Shown here: positions 30,001 through 46,016 of the stretch, piece by piece
Layout: every line of letters begins with the position of its first letter
Position numbering within the stretch: position 1 is the stretch's first letter
DNA from: Eledone cirrhosa
Lineage: Eukaryota
Length of the DNA: 64,000 nt
Direction: 5' to 3'
Assembly: GCA_964016885.1 (NCBI GenBank)
Contig: OZ024744.1
Coordinates: forward strand, 123,876,001 to 123,940,000
The notes under the pieces: generated by a model
What the model was told of the DNA's origin: nothing
Database searches by the model: none
What the model saw: the letters and a program-made list of their open reading frames with translations, nothing else
Position numbers and translations under genes: made by a program

Positions 30001-33000
30001 TAGTAATGAAAGGGTTAATGACATAAACAGTGTTTTTTATTAGAAATATGGTAATGAAAGGGTTAATGACATAAATAGTGTCTTTCATTAGAAATATGGT
30101 AATGAAAGGGTTAATGACATAGACAGTGTCTTTCATTAGAAATATGGTAATGAAAGGGTTAATGACATAGATAGTGTCTTTCATTTGAAATATGGTAATG
30201 AAAGTGTTAATGACATAAACAATGTTTTTCATTAGAAATATGTTAATGAAAGGGTTAATGACATAGACAGTGTCTTTCATTAGAAATATGGGTATTAAAG
30301 GGTTAATGACATAGACAGTGTTTTTCATTAGAAATATGGTAATGAAAGGGTTAATGACATAGACAGTGTCTTTCATTAGATATATGGTAATGAAAGGGTT
30401 AATGACATAAACAGTATCTTTCATTAGAAATATGGTAATGAAAGGGTTAATGACATAGTATCTTTCATTTGAAATTTGGTAATGAAAGGGTTAATGACAT
30501 AGTGTTTTTCATTAGAAATATGGTAATGAAAGGGTTAATGACATAAACAGTATCTTTCATTTGAAATATTATAATGAAAGTGTTAATGACATAGACAGTG
30601 TCTTTCATTAGAAATGTGGTAATTAAAGGGTTAATGACATAGACAGTGTCTTTCATTAGAAATATGGTAATGAAAGGGTTAATGACATAGACAGTGTCTT
30701 TCATTAGATATATGGGAATGAAAGGGTTAATGACATAGTGTCTTTCATTAGAAATATAGTAATGAAAGGGTTAATGACATAGTGTTTTTCATTAGAAATA
30801 TGGTAATGAAAGGGTTAATGACATAAATAGTGTCTTTCATTAGAAATATGGTAATGGAAGGGTTAATGACATAGACAGTGTCTTTCATAGGAAATATGGT
30901 AATGAAAGGGTTAATGACATAGATAGTGTCTTTCATTTGAAATATGGTAATGAAAGTGTTAATGACATAGACAGTGTCTTTCATTAGAAATATGGTAATG
31001 AAAGGGTTAATGACATAGTATCATTCATTAGAAATATGGTAATGAAAGGGTTAATGACAGTGCTTTTCATTAGAAATATGGTAATTAAAAGGTTAATGAC
31101 ATAGACAGTGTCTTTCATTAGAAATATGGTAATGAAAGTGTTAATGACATAGACACTGTCTTTCATTAGAAATATGGTATATGAAAGGGTTAATGACATA
31201 GTGTTTTTCATTAGAATATGGTAATGAAAGGGCTAATGACATAGACAGTGTCTTTCATTAGAAATATGATAATGAAAGGGTTAATGACATAGACAGTGTC
31301 TTTAATTAGAAATATGGTAATGAAAGGGGTAATGACATTGACAGTGTCTTTCATTAGAAATATGGTAATGTAAGGGTTAATGACATAGACAGTGTCTTTC
31401 ATTAGAAATTTGGTAATGAAAGGGTTAAAGAAATAGATTGTCTTTCATTAGAAATATGGTAGTAAAAGGGTTTATGACATAAACAGTGTTTTTCATTTCA
31501 TATATGGTAATGAAAGGGTTAATGGCATAGACACTGTCTTTCGTTAGAAATTTGGTAATAAAAGGGTTAATGATATAGACAGTGTCTTTCATTAGAAATA
31601 TGGTAATGAAAGGGTTAATGACATAGACAGTGTCTTTCATTAGAAATATGGTAATGGAAAGATTAAATATGGTAATGGAATGGTTACATTAGAAATATGG
31701 TAATGAAAGTGTTAGTGACATAGACAGTGTCTTTCATTAGAAATATGGTAATGCAAGTGTTAATGACATAGACAGTGTCTTTCATGAGAAATAGGGTAAT
31801 GAATGGGTTAATGACATAGACAGTGTCTTTCATTATATATATGGTAATGAATGGGTTAATGACATAGTGTCTTTCATTAGAAATATGGTAATGAAAGGGT
31901 TAATGACATAGTGTTTTTCATTAGAAATATAGTAATGAAAGGGTTAATGACATAAACAGTGTTTTTCATTAGAAATATGGTAATGAAAGGGTTAATGACA
32001 TAAATAGTGTCTTTCATTAGAAATATGGTAATGAAAGGGTTAATGACATAGACAGTGTCTTTCATTAGAAATATGGTAATGAAAGGGTTAATGACATAGA
32101 TAGTGTTTTTCATTTGAAATATGGTAATGAAAGTGTTAATGACATAAACAATGTTTTTCATTAGAAATATGTTAATGAAAGGGTTAATGACATAGACAGT
32201 GTCTTTCATTAGAAATATGGGTATTAAAGGGTTAATGACATAGACAGTGTTTTTCATTAGAAATATGATAATGAAAGGGTTAATGACATAGACAGTGTCT
32301 TTAATTAGAAATATGGTAATGAAAGGGTTAATGACATTGACAGTGTCTTTCATTAGAAATATGGTAATGAAAGGGTTAAAGAAATAGATTGTCTTTCATT
32401 AGAAATATGGTAGTGAAAGGGTTTATGACATCGACAGTGTTTTTCATTTCATATATGGTAATAAAAGGGTTAATGACATAGACAGTGTCTTTCATTAGAA
32501 ATATGGTAATGAAAGGGTTAATGACATAGACAGTGTCTTTCCTTAGATATATGGTAATGAAAGGGTTAATGACATAGACAGTGTCTTTCATTAGAAATAT
32601 GGTAATGAAAGGGTTAATGACATAGACAGTGACTTTCGTTAGAAATATGGTAATGAAAGGGTTAATGACATAGACAGTGTCTTTCATTAGAAATATGGTA
32701 ATGGAATGGTTACATTAGAAATATGGTAATGAAAGGGTTAATGGCATAGACAGTTTTCTTTCATTAGAAATATGGTAATGAAAGGGTTAATGACATAGAC
32801 AGTGTCTTTCATTAGAAATATGGTAATGGAAAGATTAAATATGGTAATGGAATGGTTACATTAGAAATATGGTAATGAAAGGGTTAGTGACATAGAGAGT
32901 GTCTTTCATTAGAAATAAGGGTTAATGACATAGACAGTGTTTTTCATGAGAAATAGGGTAATGAAAGGGTTAATGACATAGACAGTGTCTTTCATTAGAA

Positions 33001-34299
33001 ATATGGTAATGAAAGGGTTAATGACATAGTGTCTTTCATTAGAAATATAGTAATGAAAGGTTTAATGACATAGACAGTGTCTTTCATTAGAAATATGGTA
33101 ATGAAAGGGTTAATGACATAAACAGTATCTTTCATTAGAAATATGGTAATGAAAGGGTTAATGACATAGTGTTTTGCATTTGAAATATGGTAATGAAAGG
33201 GTTAATGACATAAATAGTGTCTTTCATTAGAAATATGGTAATGAAAGGGTTAATGACATAGACAGTGTCTTTCATTAGAAATATGGTAATGGAAAGATTA
33301 AATATGGTAATGGAATGGTTACATTAGAAATATGGTAATGAAAGGGTTAATGACATAGACAGTGTCTTTCATTAGAAATATGGTAATGGAAAGATTAAAT
33401 ATGGTAATGGAATGGTTACATTAGAAATATGGTAATGAAAGGGTTAGTGACATAGACAGTGTCTTTCATTAGAAATATGGTAATGCAAGTGTTAATGACA
33501 TAGACAGTGTCTTTCATGAGAAATAGGGTAATGAATGGGTTAATGACATAGACAGTGTCTTTCATTATATATATGGTAATGAAAGGGTTAATGACATAGT
33601 GTCTTTCATTAGAAATATGGTAATGAAAGGGTTAATGACATAGTGTCTTTCATTAGAAATATAGTAATGAAAGGGTTAATGACATAGTGTTTTTCATTAG
33701 AAATATGGTAATGAAAGGGTTAATGACATAAATAGTGTCTTTCATTAGAAATATGGTAATGGAAGGGTTAATGACATAGACAGTGTCTTTCATTAGAAAT
33801 ATGGTAATGAAAGGGTTAAGGACATAGATGGTGTCTTTCATTTGAAATATGGTAATGAAAGTGTTAATGACATAGACAGTGTCTTTCATTAGAAATATGG
33901 TAATGAAAGGGTTAATGACAGTGCTTTTCATTAGAAATATGGTAATTAAAAGGTTAATGACATAGACAGTGTCTTTCATTAGAAATATGGTAATGAAAGG
34001 GTTAATGACATAGACACTGTCTTTCATTAGAAATATGATATATGAAAGGGTTAATGACATAGTGTTTTTCATTAGAATATGGTAATGAAAGGGCTAATGA
34101 CATAGACAGTGTCTTTCATTAGAAATATGATAATGAAAGGGTTAATGACATAGACAGTGTCTTTAATTAGAAATATGGTAATGAAAGGGTTAATGACATT
34201 GACAGTGTCTTTCATTAGAAATATGGTAATGTAAGGGTTAATGACATAGACAGTGTCTTTCATTAGAAATTTGGTAATGAAAGGGTTAAAGAAATAGAT

Positions 34300-37200
34300 T
34301 GTCTTTCATTAGAAATATGGTAGTGAAAGGGTTTATGACATAGACAGTGTTTTTCATTTCATATATGGTAATGAAAGGGTTAATGGCATAGACACTGTCT
34401 TTCGTTAGAAATTTGGTAATAAAAGGGTTAATGACATAGACAGTGTCTTTCATTAGAAATATGGTAATGAAAGGGTTAATGACATAGACAGTGTCTTTCC
34501 TTAGATATATGGTAATGAAAGGGTTAATGACATAGACAGTGTCTTTCATTAGAAATATGGTAATGAAAGGGTTAATGACATAGACAGTGACTTTCGTTAG
34601 AAATATGGTAATGAAAGGGTTACATTAGAAATATGGTAATGAAAGGGTTAATGGCATAGACAGTTTTCTTTCATTAGAAATATGGTAATGAAAGGGTTAA
34701 TGACATAGACAGTGTCTTTCATTAGAAATATGGTAATGGAAAGATTAAATATGGTAATGGAATGGTTACATTAGAAATATGGTAATGAAAGGGTTAGTGA
34801 CATAGAGAGTGTCTTTCATTAGAAATAAGGGTTAATGACATAGACAGTGTTTTTCATGAGAAATAGGGTAATGAAAGGGTTAATGACATAGACAGTGTCT
34901 TTCATTATATATATGGTAATGAAAGGGTTAATGACATAGTGTCTTTCATTAGAAATATAGTAATGAAAGGTTTAATGACATAGACAGTGTCTTTCATTAG
35001 AAATATGGTAATGAAAGGGTTAATGACATAAACAGTATCTTTCATTAGAAATATGGTAATGAAAGGGTTAATGACATAGTGTTTTGCATTTGAAATATGG
35101 TAATGAAAGGGTTAATGACATAAATAGTGTCTTTCATTAGAAATATGGTAATGAAAGGGTTAATGACATAGACAGTGCCTTTCATTAGAAATATGGTAAT
35201 GGAAAGATTAAATATGGTAATGGAATGGTTACATTAGAAATATGGTAATGAAAGGGTTAATGACATAGACAGTGTCTTTCATTAGAAATATGGTAATGGA
35301 AAGATTAAATATGGTAATGGAATGGTTACATTAGAAATATGGTAATGAAAGTGTTAGTGACATAGACAGTGTCTTTCATTAGAAATATGGTAATGCAAGT
35401 GTTAATTACATAGACAGTGTCTTTCATGAGAAATAGGGTAATGAATGGGTTAATGACATAGACAGTGTCTTTCATTATATATATGGTAATGAATGGGTTA
35501 ATGACATAGTGTCTTTCATTAGAAATATGGTAATGAAAGGGTTAATGACATAGTGTTTTTCATTAGAAATATAGTAATGAAAGGGTTAATGACATAAACA
35601 GTGTTTTTCATTAGAAATATGGTAATGAAAGGGTTAATGACATAAATAGTGTCTTTCATTAGAAATATGGTAATGAAAGGGTTAATGACATAGACAGTGT
35701 CTTTCATTAGAAATATGGTAATGAAAGGGTTAATGACATAGATAGTGTCTTTCATTTGAAATATGGTAATGAAAGTGTTAATGACATAAACAATGTTTTT
35801 CATTAGAAATATGTTAATGAAAGGGTTAATGACATAGACAGTGTCTTTCATTAGAAATATGGGTATTAAAGGGTTAATGACATAGACAGTGTTTTTCATT
35901 AGAAATATGGTAATGAAAGGGTTAATGACATAGACAGTGTCTTTCATTAGATATATGGTAATGAAAGGGTTAATGACATAAACAGTATCTTTCATTAGAA
36001 ATATGGTAATGAAAGGGTTAATGACATAGTATCTTTCATTTGAAATTTGGTAATGAAAGGGTTAATGACATAGTGTTTTTCATTAGAAATATGGTAATGA
36101 AAGGGTTAATGACATAAACAGTATCTTTCATTTGAAATATTATAATGAAAGTGTTAATGACATAGACAGTGTCTTTCATTAGAAATGTGGTAATTAAAGG
36201 GTTAATGACATAGACAGTGTATTTCATTAGAAATATGGTAATGAAAGGGTTAATGACATAGACAGTGTCTTTCATTAGATATATGGGAATGAAAGGGTTA
36301 ATGACATAGTGTCTTTCATTAGAAATATAGTAATGAAAGGGTTAATGACATAGTGTTTTTCATTAGAAATATGGTAATGAAAGGGTTAATGACATAAATA
36401 GTGTCTTTCATTAGAAATATGGTATTGGAAGGGTTAATGACATAGACAGTGTCTTTCATTAGAAATATGGTAATGAAAGGGTTAATGACATAGATAGTGT
36501 CTTTCATTTGAAATATGGTAATGAAAGTGTTAATGACATAGACAGTGTCTTTCATTAGAAATATGGTAATGAAAGGGTTAATGACATAGTATCATTCATT
36601 AGAAATATGGTAATGAAAGGGTTAATGACAGTGCTTTTCATTAGAAATATGGTAATTAAAAGGTTAATGACATAGACAGTGTCTTTCATTAGAAATATGG
36701 TAATGAAAGGGTTAATGACATAGACACTGTCTTTCATTAGAAATATGGTATATGAAAGGGTTAATGACATAGTGTTTTTCATTAGAATACGGTAATGAAA
36801 GGGCTAATGACATAGACAGTGTCTTTCATTAGAAATATGATAATGAAAGGGTTAATGACATAGACAGTGTCTTTAATTAGAAATATGGTAATGAAAGGGG
36901 TAATGACATTGACAGTGTCTTTCATTAGAAATATGGTAATGTAAGGGTTAATGACATAGACAGTGTCTTTCATTAGAAATTTGGTAATGAAAGGGTTAAA
37001 GAAATAGATTGTCTTTCATTAGAAATATGGTAGTAAAAGGGTTTATGACATAAACAGTGTTTTTCATTTCATATATGGTAATGAAAGGGTTAATGGCATA
37101 GACACTGTCTTTCGTTAGAAATTTGGTAATAAAAGGGTTAATGATATAGACAGTGTCTTTCATTAGAAATATGGTAATGAAAGGGTTAATGACATAGACA

Positions 37201-40200
37201 GTGTCTTTCCTTAGATATATGGTAATGAAAGGGTTAATGACATAGACAGTGTCTTTCATTAGAAATATGGTAATGAAAGGGTTAATGACATAGACAGTGA
37301 CTTTCATTAGAAATATGGTAATGAAAGGGTTAATGACATAGACAGTGTCTTTCATTAGAAATATGGTAATGGAATGGTTACATTAGAAATATGGTAATGA
37401 AAGGGTTAATGGCATAGACAGTTTTCTTTCATTAGAAATATGGTAATGAAAGGGTTAATGACATAGACAGTGTCTTTCATTAGAAATATGGTAATGGAAA
37501 GATTAAATATGGTTATGGAATGGTTACATTAGAAATATGGTAATGAAAGGGTTAGTGACATAGCAGTGTCTTTCATTAGAAATATGGTAATGAAAGGGTT
37601 AATGACATAGTGTCTTTCATTAGAAATATGGTAGTGAAAGGGTTTATGACATAGACAGTGTTTTTCATTTCATATATGGTAATGAAAGGGTTAATGGCAT
37701 AGACACTGTCTTTCGTTAGAAATTTGGTAATAAAAGGGTTAATGACATAGACAGTGTCTTTCATTAGAAATATGGTAATGAAAGGGTTAATGACATAGAC
37801 AGTGTCTTTCCTTAGATATATGGTAATGAAAGGGTTAATGACATAGACAGTGTCTTTCATTAGAAATATGGTAATGAAAGGGTTAATGACATAGACAGTG
37901 ACTTTCGTTAGAAATATGGTAATGAAAGGGTTACATTAGAAATATGGTAATGAAAGGGTTAATGGCATAGACAGTTTTCTTTCATTAGAAATATGGTAAT
38001 GAAAGGGTTAATGACATAGACAGTGTCTTTCATTAGAAATATGGTAATGGAAAGATTAAATATGGTAATGGAATGGTTACATTAGAAATATGGTAATGAA
38101 AGGGTTAGTGACATAGAGAGTGTCTTTCATTAGAAATAAGGGTTAATGACATAGACAGTGTTTTTCATGAGAAATAGGGTAATGAAAGGGTTAATGACAT
38201 AGACAGTGTCTTTCATTATATATATGGTAATGAAAGGGTTAATGACATAGTGTCTTTCATTAGAAATATAGTAATGAAAGGTTTAATGACATAGACAGTG
38301 TCTTTCATTAGAAATATGGTAATGAAAGGGTTAATGACATAAACAGTATCTTTCATTAGAAATATGGTAATGAAAGGGTTAATGACATAGTGTTTTGCAT
38401 TTGAAATATGGTAATGAAAGGGTTAATGACATAAATAGTGTCTTTCATTAGAAATATGGTAATGAAAGGGTTAATGACATAGACAGTGCCTTTCATTAGA
38501 AATATGGTAATGGAAAGATTAAATATGGTAATGGAATGGTTACATTAGAAATATGGTAATGAAAGGGTTAATGACATAGACAGTGTCTTTCATTAGAAAT
38601 ATGGTAATGGAAAGATTAAATATGGTAATGGAATGGTTACATTAGAAATATGGTAATGAAAGTGTTAGTGACATAGACAGTGTCTTTCATTAGAAATATG
38701 GTAATGCAAGTGTTAATGACATAGACAGTGTCTTTCATGAGAAATAGGGTAATGAATGGGTTAATGACATAGACAGTGTCTTTCATTATATATATGGTAA
38801 TGAATGGGTTAATGACATAGTGTCTTTCATTAGAAATATGGTAATGAAAGGGTTAATGACATAGTGTTTTTCATTAGAAATATAGTAATGAAAGGGTTAA
38901 TGACATAAACAGTGTTTTTCATTAGAAATATGGTAATGAAAGGGTTAATGACATAAATAGTGTCTTTCATTAGAAATATGGTAATGAAAGGGTTAATGAT
39001 ATAGACAGTGTCTTTCATTAGAAATATGGTAATGAAAGGGTTAATGACATAGATAGTGTCTTTCATTTGAAATATGGTAATGAAAGTGTTAATGACATAA
39101 ACAATGTTTTTCATTAGAAATATGTTAATGAAAGGGTTAATGACATAGACAGTGTCTTTCATTAGAAATATGGGTATTAAAGGGTTAATGACATAGACAG
39201 TGTTTTTCATTAGAAATATGGTAATGAAAGGGTTAATGACATAGACAGTGTCTTTCATTAGATATATGGTAATGAAAGGGTTAATGACATAAACAGTATC
39301 TTTCATTAGAAATATGGTAATGAAAGGGTTAATGACATAGTATCTTTCATTTGAAATTTGGTAATGAAAGGGTTAATGACATAGTGTTTTTCATTAGAAA
39401 TATGGTAATGAAAGGGTTAATGACATAAACAGTATCTTTCATTTGAAATATTATAATGAAAGTGTTAATGACATAGACAGTGTCTTTCATTAGAAATGTG
39501 GTAATTAAAGGGTTAATGACATAGACAGTGTCTTTCATTAGAAATATGGTAATGAAAGGGTTAATGACATAGACAGTGTCTTTCATTAGATATATGGGAA
39601 TGAAAGGGTTAATGACATAGTGTCTTTCATTAGAAATATAGTAATGAAAGGGTTAATGACATAGTGTTTTTCATTAGAAATATGGTAATGAAAGGGTTAA
39701 TGACATAAATAGTGTCTTTCATTAGAAATATGGTAATGGAAGGGTTAATGACATAGACAGTGTCTTTCATTAGAAATATGGTAATGAAAGGGTTAATGAC
39801 ATAGATAGTGTCTTTCATTTGAAATATGGTAATGAAAGTGTTAATGACATAGACAGTGTCTTTCATTAGAAATATGGTAATGAAAGGGTTAATGACATAG
39901 TATCATTCATTAGAAATATGGTAATGAAAGGGTTAATGACAGTGCTTTTCATTAGAAATATGGTAATTAAAAGGTTAATGACATAGACAGTGTCTTTCAT
40001 TAGAAATATGGTAATGAAAGGGTTAATGACATAGACACTGTCTTTCATTAGAAATATGGTATATGAAAGGGTTAATGACATAGTGTTTTTCATTAGAATA
40101 CGGTAATGAAAGGGCTAATGACATAGACAGTGTCTTTCATTAGAAATATGATAATGAAAGGGTTAATGACATAGACAGTGTCTTTAATTAGAAATATGGT

Positions 40201-40940
40201 AATGAAAGGGGTAATGACATTGACAGTGTCTTTCATTAGAAATATGGTAATGTAAGGGTTAATGACATAGACAGTGTCTTTCATTAGAAATTTGGTAATG
40301 AAAGGGTTAAAGAAATAGATTGTCTTTCATTAGAAATACGGTAGTAAAAGGGTTTATGACATAAACAGTGTTTTTCATTTCATATATGGTAATGAAAGGG
40401 TTAATGGCATAGACACTGTCTTTCGTTAGAAATTTGGTAATAAAAGGGTTAATGATATAGACAGTGTCTTTCATTAGAAATATGGTAATGAAAGGGTTAA
40501 TGACATAGACAGTGTCTTTCCTTAGATATATGGTAATGAAAGGGTTAATGACATAGACAGTGTCTTTCATTAGAAATATGGTAATGAAAGGGTTAATGAC
40601 ATAGACAGTGACTTTCATTAGAAATATGGTAATGAAAGGGTTAATGACATAGACAGTGTCTTTCATTAGAAATATGGTAATGGAATGGTTACATTAGAAA
40701 TATGGTAATGAAAGGGTTAATGGCATAGACAGTTTTCTTTCATTAGAAATATGGTAATGAAAGTGTTAATGACATAGACAGTGTCTTTCATTAGAAATAT
40801 GGTAATGGAAAGATTAAATATGGTTATGGAATGGTTACATTAGAAATATGGTAATGAAAGGGTTAGTGACATAGCAGTGTCTTTCATTAGAAATATGGTA
40901 ATGAAAGGGTTAATGACATAGTGTCTTTCATTAGAAATAT
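34300..40940. repeat. Tandem higher-order duplication, period 3,311 bp
   Basis: ORF-track pairs 35519/38830, 36036/39347, 36319/39630, 36555/39866, 36782/40093 and 36996/40307 all differ by 3,311. Rare variants are shared (e.g. AGAATACGG, GGTTATGGAA). Boundaries approximate. Confidence 0.9.
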
Positions 40941-43900
40941 AGTAATGAATGGGTTAATGACATAGACAGTGTCTTTCATTATATATATGGTAATGAAAGG
41001 GTTAATGACATAGTGTCTTTCATTAGAAATATAGTAATGAAAGGTTTAATGACATAGACAGCGTCTTTCATTAGAAATATGGTAATGAAAGGGTTAATGA
41101 CATAAACAGGGTCTTTCATTAGAAATATGGTAATGAAAGGGTTAATGACATAGTGTTTTTCATTAGAAATATGGTAATGAAATGGTTAATGACATAAATA
41201 GTGTCTTTCATTAGAAATATGGTAATGAAAGGGTTAATGACATAGACAGTGTCTCTCATTAGAAATATGGTAATGGTAAGATTAAATATGGTAATGGAAT
41301 GGTTACATTAGAAATATGGTAATGAAAGGGTTAGTGACATAGCAGTGTCTTTCATTAGAAATATGGTAATGCAAGGGTTAATGACATAGACAGTGTCTTT
41401 CATGAGAAATAGGGTAATGAATGGGTTAATGACATAGACAGTGTCTTTCATTATATATATGGTAATGAAAGGGTTAATGACATAGTGTCTTTCATTAGAA
41501 ATATGGTAATGAAAGGGTTAATGACATAGTGTCTTTCATTAGAAATATAGTAATGAAAGGGTTAATGACATAAACAGTGTCTTTCATTAGAAATATGGTA
41601 ATGAAAGGGTTAATGACATAGTGTTTTTCATTAGAAATATGGTAATGAAACGGTTAATGACATAAATAGTGTCTTTCATTAGAAATATGGTTATGAAAGG
41701 GTTAATGACATAGATAGTGTCTTTCATTTGAAATATGGTAATGAAAGTGTTAATGACATAAACAATGTTTTTCATTAGAAATATGTTAATGAAAGGGTTA
41801 ATGACATAGACAGTGTCTTTCATTATATATATGGTAATGAAAGGGTTAATGACATAGTGTCTTTCATTAGAAATATAGTAATGAAAGGTTTAATGACATA
41901 GACAGTGTCTTTCATTAGAAATATGGTAATGAAAGGGTTAATGACATAAACAGTATCTTTCATTAGAAATATGGTAATGAAAGGGTTAATGACATAGTGT
42001 TTTTCATTTGAAATATGGTAATGAAAGGGTTAATGACATAAATAGTGTCTTTCATTAGAAATATGGTAATGAAAGGGTTAATGACATAGACAGTGTCTTT
42101 CATTAGAAATATGGTAATGGAAAGATTAAATATGGTAATGGAATGGTTACATTAGAAATATGGTAATGAAAGGGTTAATGACATAGACAGTGTCTTTCAT
42201 TAGAAATATGGTAATGGAAAGATTAAATATGGTAATGGAATGGTTACATTAGAAATATGGTAATGAAAGGGTTCGTGACATAGACAGTGTCTTTCATTAG
42301 AAATATGGTAATGCAAGTGTTAATGACATAGACAGTGTCTTTCATGAGAAATAGGGTAATGAATGGGTTAATGACATAGACAGTGTCTTTCATTATATAT
42401 ATGGTAATGAATGGGTTAATGACATAGTGTCTTTCATTAGAAATATGGTAATGAAAGGGTTAATGACATAGTGTTTTTCATTAGAAATATAGTAATGAAA
42501 GGGTTAATGACATAAACAGTGTTTTTCATTAGAAATATGGTAATGAAAGGGTTAATGACATAAATAGTGTCTTTCATTAGAAATATGGTAATGAAAGGGT
42601 TAATGACATAGACAGTGTCTTTCATTAGAAATATGGTAATGAAAGGGTTAATGACATAGATAGTGTCTTTCATTTGAAATATGGTAATGAAAGTGTTAAT
42701 GACATAAACAATGTTTTTCATTAGAAATATGTTAATGAAAGGGTTAATGACATAGACAGTGCCTTTCATTAGAAATATGGTAAATGAAAGGGTTAATGAC
42801 ATAGTGTTTTTCATTAGAAATATGGTAATGAAAGGGTTAATGACATAGACAGTGTCTTTCATTAGATATATGGTAATGAAAGGGTTAATGACATAAACAG
42901 TATCTTTCATTAGAAATATGGTAATGAAAGGGTTAATGACATAGTATCTTTCATTTGAAATTTGGTAATGAAAGGGTTAATGACATAGTGTTTTTCATTA
43001 GAAATATGGTAATGAAAGGGTTAATGACATAAACAGTATCTTTCATTTGAAATATTATAATGAAAGTGTTAATGACATAGACAGTGTCTTTTATTAGAAA
43101 TGTGGTAATTAAAGGGTTAATGACATAGACAGTGTCTTTCATTAGAAATATGGTAATGAAAGGGTTAATGACATAGACAGTGTCTTTCATTAGATATATG
43201 GGAATGAAAGGGTTAATGACATAGTGTCTTTCATTAGAAATATAGTAATGAAAGGGTTAATGACATAGTGTTTTTCATTAGAAATATGGTAATGAAAGGG
43301 TTAATGACATAAATAGTGTCTTTCATTAGAAATATGGTAATGGAAGGGTTAATGACATAGACAGTGTCTTTCATGAGAAATATGGTAATGAAAGGGTTAA
43401 TGACATAGATAGTGTCTTTCATTTGAAATATGGTAATGAAAGTGTTAATGACATAGACAGTGTCTTTCATTAGAAATATGGTAATGAAAGGGTTAATGAC
43501 ATAGTATCATTCATTAGAAATATGGTAATGAAAGGGTTAATGACAGTGCTTTTCATTAGAAATATGGTAATTAAAAGGTTAATGACATAGACAGTGTCTT
43601 TCATTAGAAATATGGTAATGAAAGGGTTAATGACATAGACACTGTCTTTCATTAGAAATATGGTATATGAAAGGGTTAATGACATAGTGTTTTTCATTAG
43701 AATATGGTAATGAAAGGGCTAATGACATAGACAGTGTCTTTCATTAGAAATATGATAATGAAAGGGTTAATGACATAGACAGTGTCTTTAATTAGAAATA
43801 TGGTAATGAAAGGGGTAATGACATTGACAGTGTCTTTCATTAGAAATATGGTAATGTAAGGGTTAATGACATAGACAGTGTCTTTCATTAGAAATTTGGT

Positions 43901-45299
43901 AATGAAAGGGTTAAAGAAATAGATTGTCTTTCATTAGAAATATGGTAGTGAAAGGGTTTATGACATAAACAGTGTTTTTCATTTCATATATGGAAATGAA
44001 AGGGTTAATGGTATAGACACTGTCTTTCGTTAGAAATTTGGTAATAAAAGGGTTAATGACATAGACAGTGTCTTTCCTTAGATATATGGTAATGAAAGGG
44101 TTAATGACATAGACAGTGTCTTTCATTAGAAATATGGTAATGAAAGGGTTAATGACATAGACAGTGACTTTCATTAGAAATATGGTAATGAAAGGGTTAA
44201 TGACATAGACAGTGTCTTTCATTAGAAATATGGTAATGGAATGGTTACATTAGAAATATGGTAATGAAAGGGTTAATGGCATAGACAGTTTTCTTTCATT
44301 AGAAATATGGTAATGAAAGGGTTAATGACATAGACAGTGTCTTTCATTAGAAATATGGTAATGGAAAGATTAAATATGGTAATGGAATGGTTACATTAGA
44401 AATATGGTAATGAAAGGGTTAGTGACATAGACAGTGTCTTTCATTAGAAATATGGTAATGCAAGGGTTAATGACATAGACAGTGTCTTTCATGAGAAATA
44501 GGGTAATGAAAGGGTTAATGACATAGACAGTGTCTTTCATTATATATATGGTAATGAAAGGGTTAATGACATAGTGTCTTTCATTAGAAATATAGTAATG
44601 AAAGGTTTAATGACATAGACAGCGTCTTTCATTAGAAATATGGTAATGAAAGGGTTAATGACATAAACAGTGTCTTTCATTAGAAATATGGTAATGAAAG
44701 GGTTAATGACATAGTGTTTTTCATTAGAAATATGGTAATGAAATGGTTAATGACATAAATAGTGTCTTTCATTAGAAATATGGTAATGAAAGGGTTAATG
44801 ACATAGACAGTGTCTTTCATTAGAAATATGGTAATGGTAAGATTAAATATGGTAATGAAATGGTTACATTAGAAATATGGTAATGAAAAGGTTAGTGACA
44901 TAGCAGTGTCTTTCATTAGAAATATGGTAATGCAAGGGTTAATGACATAGACAGTGTCTTTCATGAGAAATAGGGTAATGAATGGGTTAATGACATAGAC
45001 AGTGTCTTTCATTATATATATGGTAATGAAAGGGTTAATGACATAGTGTCTTTCATTAGAAATATGGTAATGAAAGGGTTAATGACATAGTGTCTTTCAT
45101 TAGAAATATAGTAATGAAAGGGTTAATGACATAAACAGTGTCTTTCATTAGAAATATGGTAATGAAAGGGTTAATGACATAGTGTTTTTCATTAGAAATA
45201 TGGTAATGAAAGTGTTAATGAGATAGACAGTGTCTTTCATTAGATATATGCTAATGAAAGGGTTAATGACATAGTGTCTTTCATTATATATATAATAAT

Positions 45300-45419
45300 T
45301 GTTTCTACGTTAGGCACAAGGCCAGCAATGACCCAGTGTATTACTGGTACTTTATTTTATCGACCCCGTAAGGATGAAAGGCAAAGTTAACCTCGGCGGG
45401 ATTTGAACTCAGAATGGCA
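45300..45419 (-). mobile_element. SINE copy 4 (TSD 45283-45299 / 45420-45436)
   Basis: Same 120-bp body and perfect 17-bp TSD. Confidence 0.85.
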
Positions 45420-45896
45420 ATTATATATATAATAATGAAAGGGTTAATGACATAAACAGTGTCTTTCATTAGAAATATGGTAATGAAAGGGTTAATGACA
45501 TAGTGTTTTTCATTAGAAATATGGTAATGCAAGGGTTAATGACATAGACAGTGTCTTTCATGAGAAATAGGGTAATGAATGGGTTAATGACATAGACAGT
45601 GTCTTTCATTATATATATGGTAATGAAAGGGTTAATGACATAGTGTCTTTCATTAGAAATATGGTAATGAAAGGGTTAATGACATAGTGTCTTTCATTAG
45701 AAATATAGTAATGAAAGGGTTAATGACATAAACAGTGTCTTTCATTAGAAATATGGTAATGAAAGGGTTAATGACATAGTGTTTTTCATTAGAAATATGG
45801 TAATGAAAGTGTTAATGAGATAGACAGTGTCTTTCATTAGATATATGCTAATGAAAGGGTTAATGACATAGTGTCTTTCATTATATATATAATAAT

Positions 45897-46016
45897 TGTT
45901 TCTACGTTAGGCACAAGGCCAGCAATGACCCAGTGTATTACTGGTACTTTATTTTATCGACCCCGTAAGGATGAAAGGCAAAGTTAACCTCGGCGGGATT
46001 TGAACTCAGAATGGCA
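45897..46016 (-). mobile_element. SINE copy 5 (597-bp tandem duplicate of copy 4)
   Basis: Same body, TSD 45880-45896 / 46017-46033. Confidence 0.85.

Noticed and set aside
45341-45532. ORF with a unique C-terminus (…SSNPAEVNFAFHPYGVDKIKYQ)
   Set aside because: Chance read-through from satellite into SINE copy 4.
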